DNA of 64,000 nucleotides from Amphiscolops sp. MND2022 (Eukaryota): NCBI GenBank assembly GCA_964187785.1, contig OZ076420.1, positions 5,952,001 to 6,016,000 of the forward strand, read 5' to 3'. Shown piece by piece: positions 51,035 to 64,000 of this stretch (position 1 is its first letter; each line of letters starts with the position of its first letter). The notes under the pieces were generated by a model. It saw only the letters and a program-made list of their open reading frames with translations, ran no database searches and was not told where the DNA came from. The position numbers and the translations under genes were made by a program.

Positions 51035-51850
51035 TTAGAACGAAATCAACTTCTTAGAATACTTGCAATGTCAGTACAAAACCCTCAACTTGCTGGCTTC
51101 CTTTTAACAGGAAATTGAAGTATTTCTTCTACGTTGAAGGCTCAACTGCTTGGCTTTATGACTGTCCACACTTGCTTTCTCCTTTATACAAAGCTGATCG
51201 ATGCTTTGACCGTATACCTATACACTTCAAAGATACTCTTATGTACGTAGACCCAATTACAAAACAAACTTATGAATATGCAACCCCTATTGCATGCGAT
51301 AAAAACACAAGGAACATTATTGAACTAGACCCTGATTCTGATGATCAAGATTTTTACATTCTTGGACCAGAACCTTTGAAACGAAAACCACCATTAATGT
51401 TCACACCTTCTCAAGTTAAAACTAAAATACGTCCTAACACTTTCACAGCCCAAGACGCTGGCATATACTGTAATGCTGAACTTGATCAGTTCTGGAACAG
51501 AATTTTATTTTCTAAACATTTTGATACTACACTCCAACTTCTAGGAAAAGCTCTAAGCTACTCCTTTATTTCATCAAGAACACCTAACTATGATCCAAAT
51601 TCACCAAACACCTCATGAAAATCAGTATAATACATTACGTATTGGTTTACATGACAAACTCATGAATATCACTCCACTTTTTACACCTACATGGTTTTCA
51701 TATGCTTTTATTGCACTGTTTGGACACCCATGTTACATTTTAACTCAATGTAGAATATATTTCTCTACATTTCTTTTTGTACAAGCAACTCTAACCCTTA
51801 TCAAAAAACCATAGAAAACAATTTCAAAGAAATCAATTCTTAAACAGAAT
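51035..51850 (+). pseudogene. env: C-terminal half of the Gypsy env-like glycoprotein (class III / chuvirus G / gB-like Cys pattern)
   Basis: LERNQLLRILAMSVQNPQLAGFLLTG..YVEGSTAWLYDCP..CFDRIPI..YVDPIT..PIACD continues directly from the sequence left of 27324. Confidence 0.7.
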
Positions 51851-53619
51851 ATTACTATATTTAGTTCAATAACACATGGTTTTTTTAACTTGCTCACAGC
51901 TGAAATGGTGAATGATCTAAATCACACCCAACATTAAAAACCCAAATTAACACTCTCAACCTCCAAATCATCAGATAATTTTTTTGACAACTTAGATCAT
52001 TTTTCCGACAACCAAACGAATTCAATTACCTACCCAACCGGTTTTACTTCCCCTCCCCCTTTCTATACAAAACGACCAAATAAACTTCACATGACAAGAA
52101 TCAAATTATTTCCGAAAAGGCAAAACTTTTCTCAACCCAAAATTATTTATTGAACCTCTACACTTCCTTCCTCAACAGAACAATTGCAACTCTACCTAAT
52201 GATTCAACTGCCAATACAATTCAGAATGACAATTTAGCTACTCCAAATGACAGTTTAGTTAATAACAATTCTGTCAACGATGATACTGACAGCCCTATCA
52301 AAGTATATTCTAAAACGAGTTACCCTTTTCCTCCACCATCTTTTTCAATTGAAATCATTCTGCCTCCAACTCAACTATAAAACGCTTGCCTTACAACTTA
52401 ACTCTTTTAAACTACTCTTCACGATTGATCTTCAAATTCAAATTCTCCATCCACCTCATCCAACAGTAAAAATTCGCTTGATAAAACAAACACCCACAAA
52501 AGTTGATAAAGCTACTCGTTAGTAACTTTTATATATCCCAAACTTTTCACAAAGACACAAGCACATCTCGATCTACTACTAGAACCATCTTCTTCCGATC
52601 TCACAACACAACTTCTCTTCAACGACTCTCCTGTTCTTTTTCTCGAAGCTCTTGATCAAGCGAATGCTCATCCTTCAGAACAAGATGAACAAACTGAACA
52701 TACCACTCCTTCAAAAATTCACACTCCTCCTGATACTACACATGAAGTACCACATGCGCCGAAAAAACGCTATGAAATTATGAAAGACCCTGCCTTTCTC
52801 ACTTCACCTATTATTCCTCCAAAAATACCTTCTCAACCTTCACTTTCTACAACTCGCGATGATCACTTGATCCCACTTCTCTCGCAAGATAATTTCACGT
52901 TTAAAGCACAACTGACTTTTCTTTATATGCATCCTACTGAGTATACATTCCGTTCATTGGACGAAAACCATGATTTTTTCACATCAATTGCTTCAAAAAT
53001 CATGTCTCCATACCAATATTGGCGGTATACCACAATGGAGTAAAAATCTTCTCTCCAGTTCAACTTTCTACGCCCATCAATATATGACTTCAAAACGGAT
53101 GAATCCATTCCATTGTCATAAAAATTTCTAGAGGTAGTGCAATTGGGTATTGCATTGTAATGAGAGTATAAATAGTTATTGCAGTTTGTATTTATTGTGT
53201 TTGAGTATTTTGAGCTGTGGTACATGCTAAGGTTGATATCTTTGGTTTTGTTGTTGGAGTTGTTGTTTGAAATTGTACTGTATTTGTGGTTGGGGGATTA
53301 GAAGATCCCTGTTGGGGAGTATTATGTGGACCCAACCATTACCTCATTTTGTCCCATCTCACTTTGTTCTTTGTAAAGCTCTTGAAAATATATTGCTCCC
53401 CGTTGATACCTCAATAACAGTACATAGTCTTTTACAAGCCCAAAAGGTTGGCATGCTTTTTCTACTTTCCATGCAAGGTTAAAGCAAAAAAATTTTTTAT
53501 CTGAACCCCAATTATTGAAGCTGACTTTTTTATTTTACTCTCACAAACAATACCAACACTTTAAATTTTAATCCAAACTCTTTATTATATACCAGAACCT
53601 ATTATACATTAAACTCACG

Positions 53620-56600
53620 TGTTTTGGCAATGTTTTTTTTAGCAAATCGCAACCAGCTGTCGATCAAACTTGCATTTGTTTACAGTTTATTTTCATTTAT
53701 TCTGATTTTGATAAGACACATTCACATGGTCATTCTGTTAAAAAAACTGTCTATCAAAACCTTTTATCAGTTTCAATGGATTCCACCCTTATCATTGTGG
53801 TTATGTTTTTCTATTAGTGACTGCATCCAATGTCAAACAAACAAACAAACATACAAACAAACAAACAAACAAACATACAAACAAACAAACAAACAAACAT
53901 ACAAACAAACAAACAAACCTAATAATTCTCTTCTTTATCATTTGACAAAAACGCTACCCATATTAATCGTTGCATTCCAATGGACAGAAAAGGGCCTTTT
54001 TCACCTTCATCTCAAATTAATTCTTAAATTTTGTAACCATTGACGATTTTAGTCGCTTTGTTATGACAAACCGGCATTGTTTTAATAACTCAAGAGATCG
54101 CTTGAAAATACGCTATTCAAACTCTTTCGAATCATAGGATTAGTAAGTTCGGTCGCCCACATTACCTGGTAAAAGATCAAGGTATTACCCAAGAGATGAC
54201 TTATGTTTGTTGCTTTTTTAAAATTAACCATACCCAAAGCACTCCATACTCTCATTGACAAACGGTCTAGTCGAAGTCCAAAACCGTATTCTTGGAACCC
54301 ATTTACCATTAATTAAAAAATCCCCCCCACCAATTGGTCAATCCAGACTCAAATATTTGCTTTTGCACAAATAACTACTCATCGTTCTTTCTCAGCATAT
54401 ATTTTCTGCATACCAAATTATCTTCAAAACTACTGCATACCACACACATCCTCGTATTCCGCTAACATGTTTTCTTGACCTTTTACGCAATTCTTCCAAA
54501 GATTGTATTGCTACATACTGTCAATAACTACCTCCTCATACACATGATAGTGATCCTAATCTTTTTTCCATTCTTTCATTATTAAACCTCTCTCATCATC
54601 GCTTTCATCAGCAGAACTTGCAAAATTTGAAACATACTCTACTCTCCACTGACATCTAACTAACAAACTAAATTCACACACTTCTACTTTTGAAACTACT
54701 CTCTTAAAAGAACTGCTCCTTAACACCTTTGTTTTACAAACCAATTTTAAACCTGTTCTCAACTACACTCAATCCTCTTCGTCTTGGCCCCCATAGACTT
54801 CTCAGTCACCTTTCGGATGTCACTTATGAAGTAATGGCACAAGATGGCGCTGCATTTCACAGTCAGCGTAATCATATTTAACCATGTTTTCCTATGGAAC
54901 CTCTCATTCGTCCAATGACTCGTTCTTCCACTATGATTCAACACCGTTTCCCATCAACGTCCTATCAACCATATCCTAGCATGACCCTTTTCAAGATACT
55001 TTATTTAAATCCTTTGCACTTAACCAAGATGGATCACCTTGGTCCTAGAACACAAAGTCCTCATTTCAAAAGTAAATCTCAACACCAAAACGTTTTGAAT
55101 TCTCCCAAAATTATCAGAATTCCTCCTACGCTGATCCTCATATTTTACACAAATTAGACACCAGTTTAAGAACTTTCCACTTAGATTTCGAAATGCTCCA
55201 AAGTTCAATTTATGTTTCTAATTCTCGTAATTTACCACTTTGTCGCTCGAAGTAAACTCCATCCTCCTCAAAAACCTATCCACGCATCGCTGACTCCGCA
55301 GACATAAAGTCTGATCCTCTCGTAAGAGTTTCCTGCCTAATTTGAAGTTCACACACAAAGTGTATTATTCTAACAGACTGATTTAAAAGTTAACGTTCCT
55401 CCTGTCTAGGCAAAACTTCATCCTCACGTTTAGACTTGAGCACAGTCATTTTAAATTTTAGCCATTCACAGAGCGTTTCACAATCAATTGATCATATATT
55501 TCTTTCTTAATGCTCAGTAAGCTAATCAACACATCTTGTGATTATTAAAATCTCAGGTAGAAACATAGAAGTTTAACACAAAAGGTGAACACCAAACTGA
55601 AACAAAAAAAAAACAAAACATACACGTTTCCACCTGGATATTACTACCAATTGTCATCTATTTCTATAGACACTAGCTCATCTGTTTCTTCTTCAGTTTC
55701 CACTGATACTTTGAACTACATCTCAAAGTCCTCTTTCAGTTTACATTGCTCACATTTAAATCCTATACCCATAACTCGCTCAACAATAAAATAAATTCGC
55801 TCAACAAAACTTTTTATTCATCACCAGTTCTGATACTGAATTCCTTAAGGGGGAGGAGTTCGAGTCGGTGTAGTATCCAATTGCGGTATAATTATACCGC
55901 AATACGAATACTGTACCAACTCAAACTCATCCTACCATCCCTCATATTCCTGATCCTTGTGATTTTGATCCTGAACTTTTATGTACTATTGATACCAATT
56001 CCTCGCAAACCAATCCTCTTCCAGCTCCAACATCTTTTACTAATTCTGTCTTTGAACCTCTCGAATCCTTCATGGAAAATGCTTCTTTAAGTGATTAAAC
56101 GTTGATTCGCTTACCTTTTGTCTTCCTTTTCCTTGCATTCCTCCATCCTAATCAGCCTCAAAAATCATACTTCCTTCTCGGACAAAATTTTATATACTTC
56201 TTCTGAAATCACTATTCATCATCCTCTACGCCATAGATAAAAGCTTAGACCAAATAAAAACGTATCACCCTTTTTGGCAAGGACCACACCCACCTCACTA
56301 TTGCGACTCGCACAGTTTTTTTTCTGACACCCTCTCCTCAGAAGGTATAATTGAGACATCAGGTGTAGATACCGCCTTTTCTCAATGTTCCTCAGTATGC
56401 TCTTTCTAAACAACAGGACACCTGTTTCCTTGCGTCAACTCTCGCAATCCCAACTCTTATGATGGCAACTCATTCTTATGATGGCAACGTTTTGAAATTT
56501 TTTTCGTACTCCCCGTATTCGACATCTCCTACTCAAAGTTGAGTTGGTTATCTTCTAATTAATAAAAATAGCCATATCACTCAAACCCGTGAAGGTCCCA

Positions 56601-59600
56601 GATTTTGTTTATCTTGCTCACACGTTCAATTCTAGTAAAACTATTTCCGACGAACGTCGTCGTAAAAATTTCCACAAAGTGGAAACATAATCTTCAACTC
56701 AAGTTCTAAACTCTGCTGATTTTCATAATTTGAGTCCACATCTAGTTTCTACTCATACGACAGTGACTTCCAAGTTTTTCCTCTCCCTTTCATTGCCACA
56801 ACCTTAATTCGTTTGTGATACCACTCCTTCTAGACTTCTCGACGGATTTGCTACCTCTCTTAATACCCTCACCTACTTAAATTATTCCATCTCAGTTCTC
56901 ATCTCCTTTAAATCTGTTAAAGTTATTCTCCTTCACTTATCTTTAGTCATGCCTCTCAAAAATGGCACAATCTTCTTTTCGTTTTCTTCCTCTCACTTAA
57001 TTCCTCTTACCCGTCTCTCAAAACCCAAAGTGTCACAAACTTTGGATCTTTTGGTTTTTTAATATGATTGTTCGAAAAAAGATATTCTCCGCCAATTTAG
57101 TTTAACTTGCGGTCAACCCTTTTTCTTTGGAAAGCACTCGTCTTCGTGCTGTGCGAGCATAAGCTAAACGTCCTTAAGCCTGGACCTGTGAAGCATATGT
57201 AAAGCGTCAATATTTTGATTGTACCCAATCAGACTCCCAATATCGACGTCATGACCGTACTGACTAACATCAAAATACTTAAAACGCCACAAACTTTAGA
57301 TCCTACAAACTATCCGACATCTTAATGGTACTGATAACTCTCAACTTAAAGCTTTTGACTACAGCAGCTCCTTCACTTTCCTTGACGATAATACAATCAA
57401 CGCCTCCTTGAAACTAAACAACCTCTTTTTTTGGAAAAAAGTACCTTTGCCTGGATTATCAATTCTCAACTTGTTTTAAACTCCACACTAAAAGAAAAAG
57501 CTGTCTGTTAGGACAGAGATGACTACATATTTGAAAAGGACAACCTGTTTGTTGTTGTTAAAGAAATTCAAATCAGAATTGATGATCCTTTTCTCTTCAA
57601 TTTGCCTTTATCGCAATTCTTAGTTTACATTGTTCATTTACCGTTGAAAGATTTTTTTAAAATAATCTTTTCTTTTTGCCTTCTATTATGGCTTTCTTGG
57701 AACCGTAATTAAAACAATGGTAACAGCCATGATCTTTCATGTAAATCTGATTCGGCAGAAGACTCCGATACGTCTCTACCTCCTTAATCTAAATCCACTG
57801 TGATCAATATCAAACCTAAAACAGAACATAAACATGAGTTCAAGAATAAATTATTAAATCTAAAAATTAAAAATCCCATCCAAAGATCTTTACCAATAAC
57901 TTCCAATTCTATCCCACATACAGCTCCTCATGATTCCTCTATACCCATACCCGAATTAGCTGATGATAATTTACATCCACGTCCTATTTATAGTTTACAT
58001 ACAAATCCGCGTAGTATCTTTTCTCCTCGTAGATCCCATATACCACCATTGAACTCGCCTCCATATCTGCGTAATCCACTAATCAAGATGACACCACTTT
58101 TGACGCTTCTCCTAATGATACACAAAACCTGGCAATCATCCAAGTTATAGCCTAATACTCCACCACCGTTTTGATTTCAATGACATAACTTTAACGTCTG
58201 TATACAGTATATTTAATCAAACTACATAAGGCCTGTTAAATTTTATGCTTCATGTCGCTTTCCCCCGAAGACTTTTGACCACTTTTCTCCAGTTGCAATT
58301 CGATAAAACTGTCTTCCTTTTCTCCAACTCAAAAGTGAACGTTTCTTCGTTCAACAATCTAACTGTTTCTTCGATCAAAAAAGTCTCAGCAATCTAACTT
58401 CTCCTTCAGACGAATCGTTTTAAAACTCATCTTTTCCATTCTTAACTGAACAACTTTAAACATCAATTGTTTCTACACCATATATCCCTTTTTTTCATTA
58501 TTTTAAGGTTTTAAAAAATCTTTCGACTCATATCTACCTTGTCCAATCATCATCAAAAACTCTCTTTCTTATACTCTTCAAATGATCAAAATATAATTCT
58601 AATGAAGACTTCACCTCAATATGAAGAAGAACCTTTGTCCAGCATCGCCCCACTCTATCCACCTCTTTCTCTTAATCAAAAATTTCGTGAACAACCAACT
58701 CATGTCCTCGAACCGGCCACCACTTCACAATTAAACAATACGCCTGACAATTTTACAACAACACAACCATGTTTTTCAACTCAATTTCCCAATGTTCCTA
58801 TCAATTCTTAACCCCTTTCTTTGACTCTGAAAAATCCTCGCTCACCAATTCAGTCACAATTTATAGTTATACTAGACCTCGGGGAAAAATCTAACATCTT
58901 AGACGATCCTGTTTTCATTGATTCTTCCGCAAGTTCTTCAGCCATGTGAAAACCCTTCTCAAACTAACGTCATGCCCTATGAATTTCTCCGTACCCATCC
59001 TATTTTTTAAGAAAACCTCTCGTCGCTGTACATGACTCCAACTACTTAGAAACTTCGGGTTCCTCGAGACCGAAATTATGATCATTGTCGCATACGCTTC
59101 CAAAAATTTAGAAATCTCCTGGTGTTTAATTAAGTTCTTTTTTTCAAATTCCTTTAAGATTTCCTGAAACCTACTCAACATGATCTCAACACCATTCAAA
59201 ATGATATAACCACGTCTCCTTTTGTAAAAAACTCCACAACCAAATTTGTCGACTATTTCTTGAACGAAAACATCCTCAAAATTTAATTTCTCAAAACCAC
59301 AAATATCCTCACCTTTACTCAAGTATTCACTGAATCATCTATAGGCTATTGGCACTATACAAAACTACGACCCGATAATGCAATTTTTTGAACTCTCTCC
59401 AAATGATGACCCGACTCGCCCTTTGTTTGTACCTCAAGACACTATTGATCTTTACGATCACCTTCCTAATCAAAATCCGACTAGTGTTGCAAACTTCTTT
59501 CCTCAAAAGAATAAATTACTTCAATCTCTTCTCGACGATTCCTCTCGTTCTCTCTACACCTCTCTTATACACAGAGACGACTCGAGTCCTTAACCTAATT

Positions 59601-62600
59601 TCATATTGCCAAACTCTCTTCCTTCATCATAAAGAGATAGTTTAAAAACATTTCCGCCACCACTAACCTTCCTGAAACAATTAATAATCCACTGCCCAAA
59701 TTATTACCTTCTCCTCCTCCTGCTACTCTTTTGACTACTCATGATCGACCTACGGTTTTTCAACTGACATTCGTACAATCTCCCGCTTCCTCATGCGTTC
59801 TTCTAACTGTCACTTTCAATGCCTGTATAAACTCCCGCCATACTCACAAAATTTGTAACTGAAATTCTCACTCTACAACGACCTGATGCTGACATAGCTC
59901 CCAATACTGATCCTCTCAACATCTCAACGCATATGTTTGATACTCTACAAAAACAATTCAAATCTCTTAGTACTTGCTCATTCACACTGCTCAACTTTGG
60001 AGATCTTCATCTCTTACAAAAAAGAAAAAGACGAAAATTCAACTTTCTACGAAAATTGCCAAAACTTTATCACTAATACTTTAAATCACAAGATAGAAAC
60101 ACAAAAATCTACGTTTCAATACTCTCGCTCATCACAATGTTGTTGTTTTTATCTATCAGCGCTCAACTTTGAAAACATTCTGGATTCCATAAAACTTCAT
60201 TTCTTTTGTGTGAATCCCATAATAATGTTTCCCCTTCAGCGAAACTAAGCCCTAATCTCTTACAGACCTTGGATCCCAGAATATTCCATTCTTTCTCTGC
60301 TTCACTTCAATCACATTACCACACTACAAATTTAAACACTACACATTTATAATATTTGACACAATATATTCCAATTAATTGTTTCAGTATCTTCTCATTT
60401 CAACATCTTCAAATTCTTATTCTCTTATCTTGCCCTTCCGCTCATCAACGACTGCTTATAAAGACTCCAAAAGTGCTTATTCTCTTATCAACCAGACGTT
60501 TGCTGCATACACATCTTGCCTTTCTTCTTCCGCCTCTACTTTCACCTTTACTTCAACTCTGCATTCTGCATCGTCCACATCCTCTTTGGTGTCTGCTCCG
60601 CCTTATGAACTCTCTTCTGTTACCTCTACATCTGTCCTCACCACTGTTTCTCTCCTGCCGCCCGATGCTGTCGCAACCAATTCTTTCCTTCAACAAGGCC
60701 CTGCTCTGAAAAAATTGACCCATCAGTGGCGACTCCAAAAACCGCGGCATGCAAAACACACTCAACTGCCTCCATGTGAAGCTGGTTCGGTGACGGGAAA
60801 ACTTTCCACTTTCCAAATCAATGATTTAAACAAAATTGCGTCTAATCCTACTGGTATAGCAAACCTCATTTCCACACCTCCGTGCCGCCTAAACAAATAT
60901 AAAAGACCGTACCAAACTAATCGTAATTATCAATCTTTACAAACTCAAATACTCCTCCAATTGTTATCAACTTCTCTGTCATAATTACCATAATCACCCC
61001 CCGCTTTCCTGATTTAGCACGTGTCATTTCTATTCACACTCTAATTGTTCCCTAAAATTTCAAAACTCTCCGCCGCCACCCCTACCCTTCTGCTTATACC
61101 TATATATCTTCACACATCGATTCTCATAATTCCTCGACCCATCCCCTACTGCATTAAATTCTTTATATTGTTTCCTAATATCTTTAAAAGATGTTGATTA
61201 AAGTACAAAAGTGTCCTACTTTGATTTGAAAAAGTACCCCTCTTAACTCTATTATGCGTACCCTATATTCCTTTTTTTCAAAAAAATTGTGCTCATGGTT
61301 ATGTGCACTTATAATCCTAATCAAATTTTTAGTAAAATTTTACTGCCATTATTACCAAGTTTTCGCAAAAGTTGAAAAAAAACAATGTAATCTTGTACAA
61401 TTTTAACCACTTATAACTTCATTTCTACATTTATATTGTAATTTTGCACTTTTCAAACATGTTTGATATTTTTTTACATGTGATCTGTTCCTAATTACAT
61501 CACAAATTACATCCCAAAACAGCCGTTTTCAAAAAAATCCTTTTTTATACCAGACTCTAAAGCATTTTCAACGTTACTCCTCCATAACTTCGGGTCTAGA
61601 ACTGATATCATACTTTCTTCAACATTCCTAGATAGGTTGAATGTCAACTCAGCTTAAGCAATGGTTTCCACTAAATAATGTTTTAACTCTTTTATTTTCA
61701 ACGACAAAAAATGAACAACAATTTTTTACCTGCCACAAATGAACAATAATGATCAAACTTGTCATCTAATTCTGAACACGTCTGCTTTGGTTTTGATTTG
61801 AATGAACTTTGATCACGCTACTAACTTGCCTATGAAGCATTTCGAATCTCAGTAGACTTTATTTTGTATAAAAGGACGCCAAGATAAACGAATACGTTGA
61901 CATGAAAACTAAGAATCTTCATTTTTGTCAACACCGCGGCCCCTTTTTAATTTTTTCTCCTTTATCTCGAGTGAACTGCTCTCACACTCCTTTAGTATTG
62001 ACTCCAATACGAAGAATGTTATTTTAAACTACACCTCTATCAAATTGTCTCAAGCTAGAAACGGGCATTTCGACCGAATCTCATGTAGGGAAGTAATTAA
62101 ATTAAGATATAGTCACAACTCAAGATATAGTAACAACTTCGTGTTGTTAAAATACCTAAAGACTCCTTCCAGTTCTCGTCGAAATTGGCAGCATCTTTGT
62201 CAATTAAAAAATTACTCATACATTCCTTTAAACCGAACTCCAATTTAGTTGAATTTTGAACATCAAACTGTCTAAATCCTAATACCCTAAACTATTTTTC
62301 TTTCCATCTAACCGTTAAACTTTCTCCTTTTCAAAACCTTGTAGGATGATATACCTATCAAAAACGGTTGTATGCTTTATTCTTTCACTTGTCTAGTCTA
62401 CTGTCTAGACTTTCCTTCACTATTCTGAATGTAAATGTATCTCATTAAAATTCACTTCTGTAAAACCCTTTTGATTTGTAACTCCAACACACCAGGAAAA
62501 AGACTTAGCATCCGGTTATTTCTTGATCCAGACCTAGCACTACAGCTCTTTAGCGTCTCTTAACGTACTGAAATCTAAGATCGAACATATAACCAATAAC

Positions 62601-64000
62601 CACAACACAAGTTTTTTGAAATCAGTTCTTCTTCTTCAATTGTACTTCTTTTCATTTAACAGCACTCTTATTATTGATAATCTTGCACTTCATGTGTTTA
62701 GTTAGAGCCATTAATCTCAAAACTTTGTAATAATTTACAAAAAATGTAATTTTGGATTTTTAGTGCTCCTATATCTTCATTTTTCCGCAATTTTTGTAAT
62801 ATTACATTTTTTTAAAATGTCTATCATATATTTGACTTTGTTCTCAATGTGGTAGTCTCCACTTTCATCTAAATGTTTCATCTCTATACAAACATTTTCA
62901 CGCGAAGACGTTTTTACTTTTTTACACTACACTTCTGAAAAAATTCAACTTTACTCCTCAACTTCGGTTATAAAAATTCTTTTTCGTTACTCTTAGTTAG
63001 AATGAAAGTATACTCACCTCAAACAATGATCTCTACTCTAAGGAAGCTTTTAACTCTTCGAAATTTTTCTTTACGCGCTACATGTCAGTAATAATGGTCA
63101 AACGTATGACCTAATATTGATCAATCTTTCTTTATTTTTAAAGTCAAGGAACTATGATCACGCAGCCAGCTAGACGATGAAGAATTTTGAATCTCAGTTT
63201 GTATCAAATGACGACAGGATAAAGGCCTAAGTTTACATGAAAACTAAGAATCTTCGTCCGTCCTCACTTCGTGTTTGTCAACACGGCCGCGACGTTTTCA
63301 AAATTCCATCCCTCTAACTTTCTTTTCAAGTATTCTTCAGTTCACTTAAGGTCTTTTATCATCTGTTAATCATTCTTCATCCCCCTTCATCATTTCGAAG
63401 ATAAATTAACCGCTCGGAACAAAGATCCCTACACCCTTTCAAATTTGACTCCAGCTCAAAGAACACTATTTTTATCTCCATCTCTTTTAAATTGTCGCAA
63501 GATAGAAATTGCATATTGCCTCTCACGTAAGAAAAGAAAAAAATTTAATATATGGTCACAACTTCTCTACGATCTAGTCGCAACTGAATGATATAGTAAT
63601 AATTGAAACATTTCGAGACTCATTCCAGTTCCCATCATTTTTAAAACCACCTCCTTTAATTCTACAATCACTCCAACATTCTTTTCATCCAAACTGCAAC
63701 TTGTTTTAATTTCGAACTCCAAGCAGTTTTTACACCTAAAGTTCAAAAATATTTGTTTTTTTTCCACTCACCTATAACAGCTTTTGTTTTCAAAACCCTG
63801 TCGGAGTATTTACCTATTTGTTATGCTCGATAATAAATTATTCTTTCACATGTCTAATCTACTGTCTAGTAGTCTAGAATTAACGCAAACACTTTTTTAT
63901 TCTTTTTCTGACTAACTACTGTAATGGACAGATGCATTTTGTCAGTATATTTACTGTAGCTACTGAACAACGAAACTACTGGTTAGCGTTTTATAAATAC
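53620..64000 (+). mobile_element. Highly decayed Gypsy-like remnants (integrase core about 54100-54330, env about 57130-57280, gag-like about 59350-60900)
   Basis: Integrase remnants (..ISKFGRPHYLVKDQG..SPW..GL) and a second ..RA*AKR..AWTCEAYVK env-like stretch. Strong C/T-rich strand skew and no long ORFs. Confidence 0.55.
53836..53917. repeat. (ACAA)n microsatellite with periodic ACAT
   Basis: Directly visible. Confidence 0.95.

Noticed and set aside
60379-60984. 201-aa Ser/Thr-rich ORF as a host mucin-like gene
   Set aside because: It lies in the C/T-skewed decayed gag-like region; the composition explains the open frame.
110-63767. Numerous 60-130 aa antisense or AT-rich ORFs in the track
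   Set aside because: They are shadows of the genes above, intron/repeat translations or TE debris, with no recognisable motifs.
61800-63900. Diverged ~1.4-kb direct repeat (ACATGAAAACTAAGAATCTTC at about 61900 and 63236)
   Set aside because: Probably old LTR remnants; boundaries and TSD could not be defined.

Overview
AT-rich eukaryotic (probably invertebrate animal) DNA with GT-AG introns, almost entirely a nest of transposable elements. The only host-gene evidence is two minus-strand exons of a START-domain lipid-transfer gene (2884-4118). The left part holds decayed Gypsy, LINE and BEL/Pao remnants, three of them arranged as inverted fusions. The main feature is a comparatively young 23.7-kb DNA transposon (27324-51034) with perfect 23-bp TIRs (CATTACAGTGCATCTGCAAGCTT) and a 2-bp TT target duplication. 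It splits the class-III-like env gene of an old Gypsy element exactly within a codon. It encodes a RAG1/Transib-like DDE transposase with a C-terminal BRCT domain, plus three spliced chromatin genes: a recombinase-like/PR-Set7-type SET methyltransferase, a Tudor-like reader and a 4x C2HC-finger/KDM2-7-type JmjC protein. It also carries two tRNA-like Pol III cassettes, a 21-bp motif repeated 13 times on one strand, 166-bp repeat blocks at five sites and an internal 5.74-kb tandem duplication. Family assignments come from motif recognition by eye; no database searches were run.
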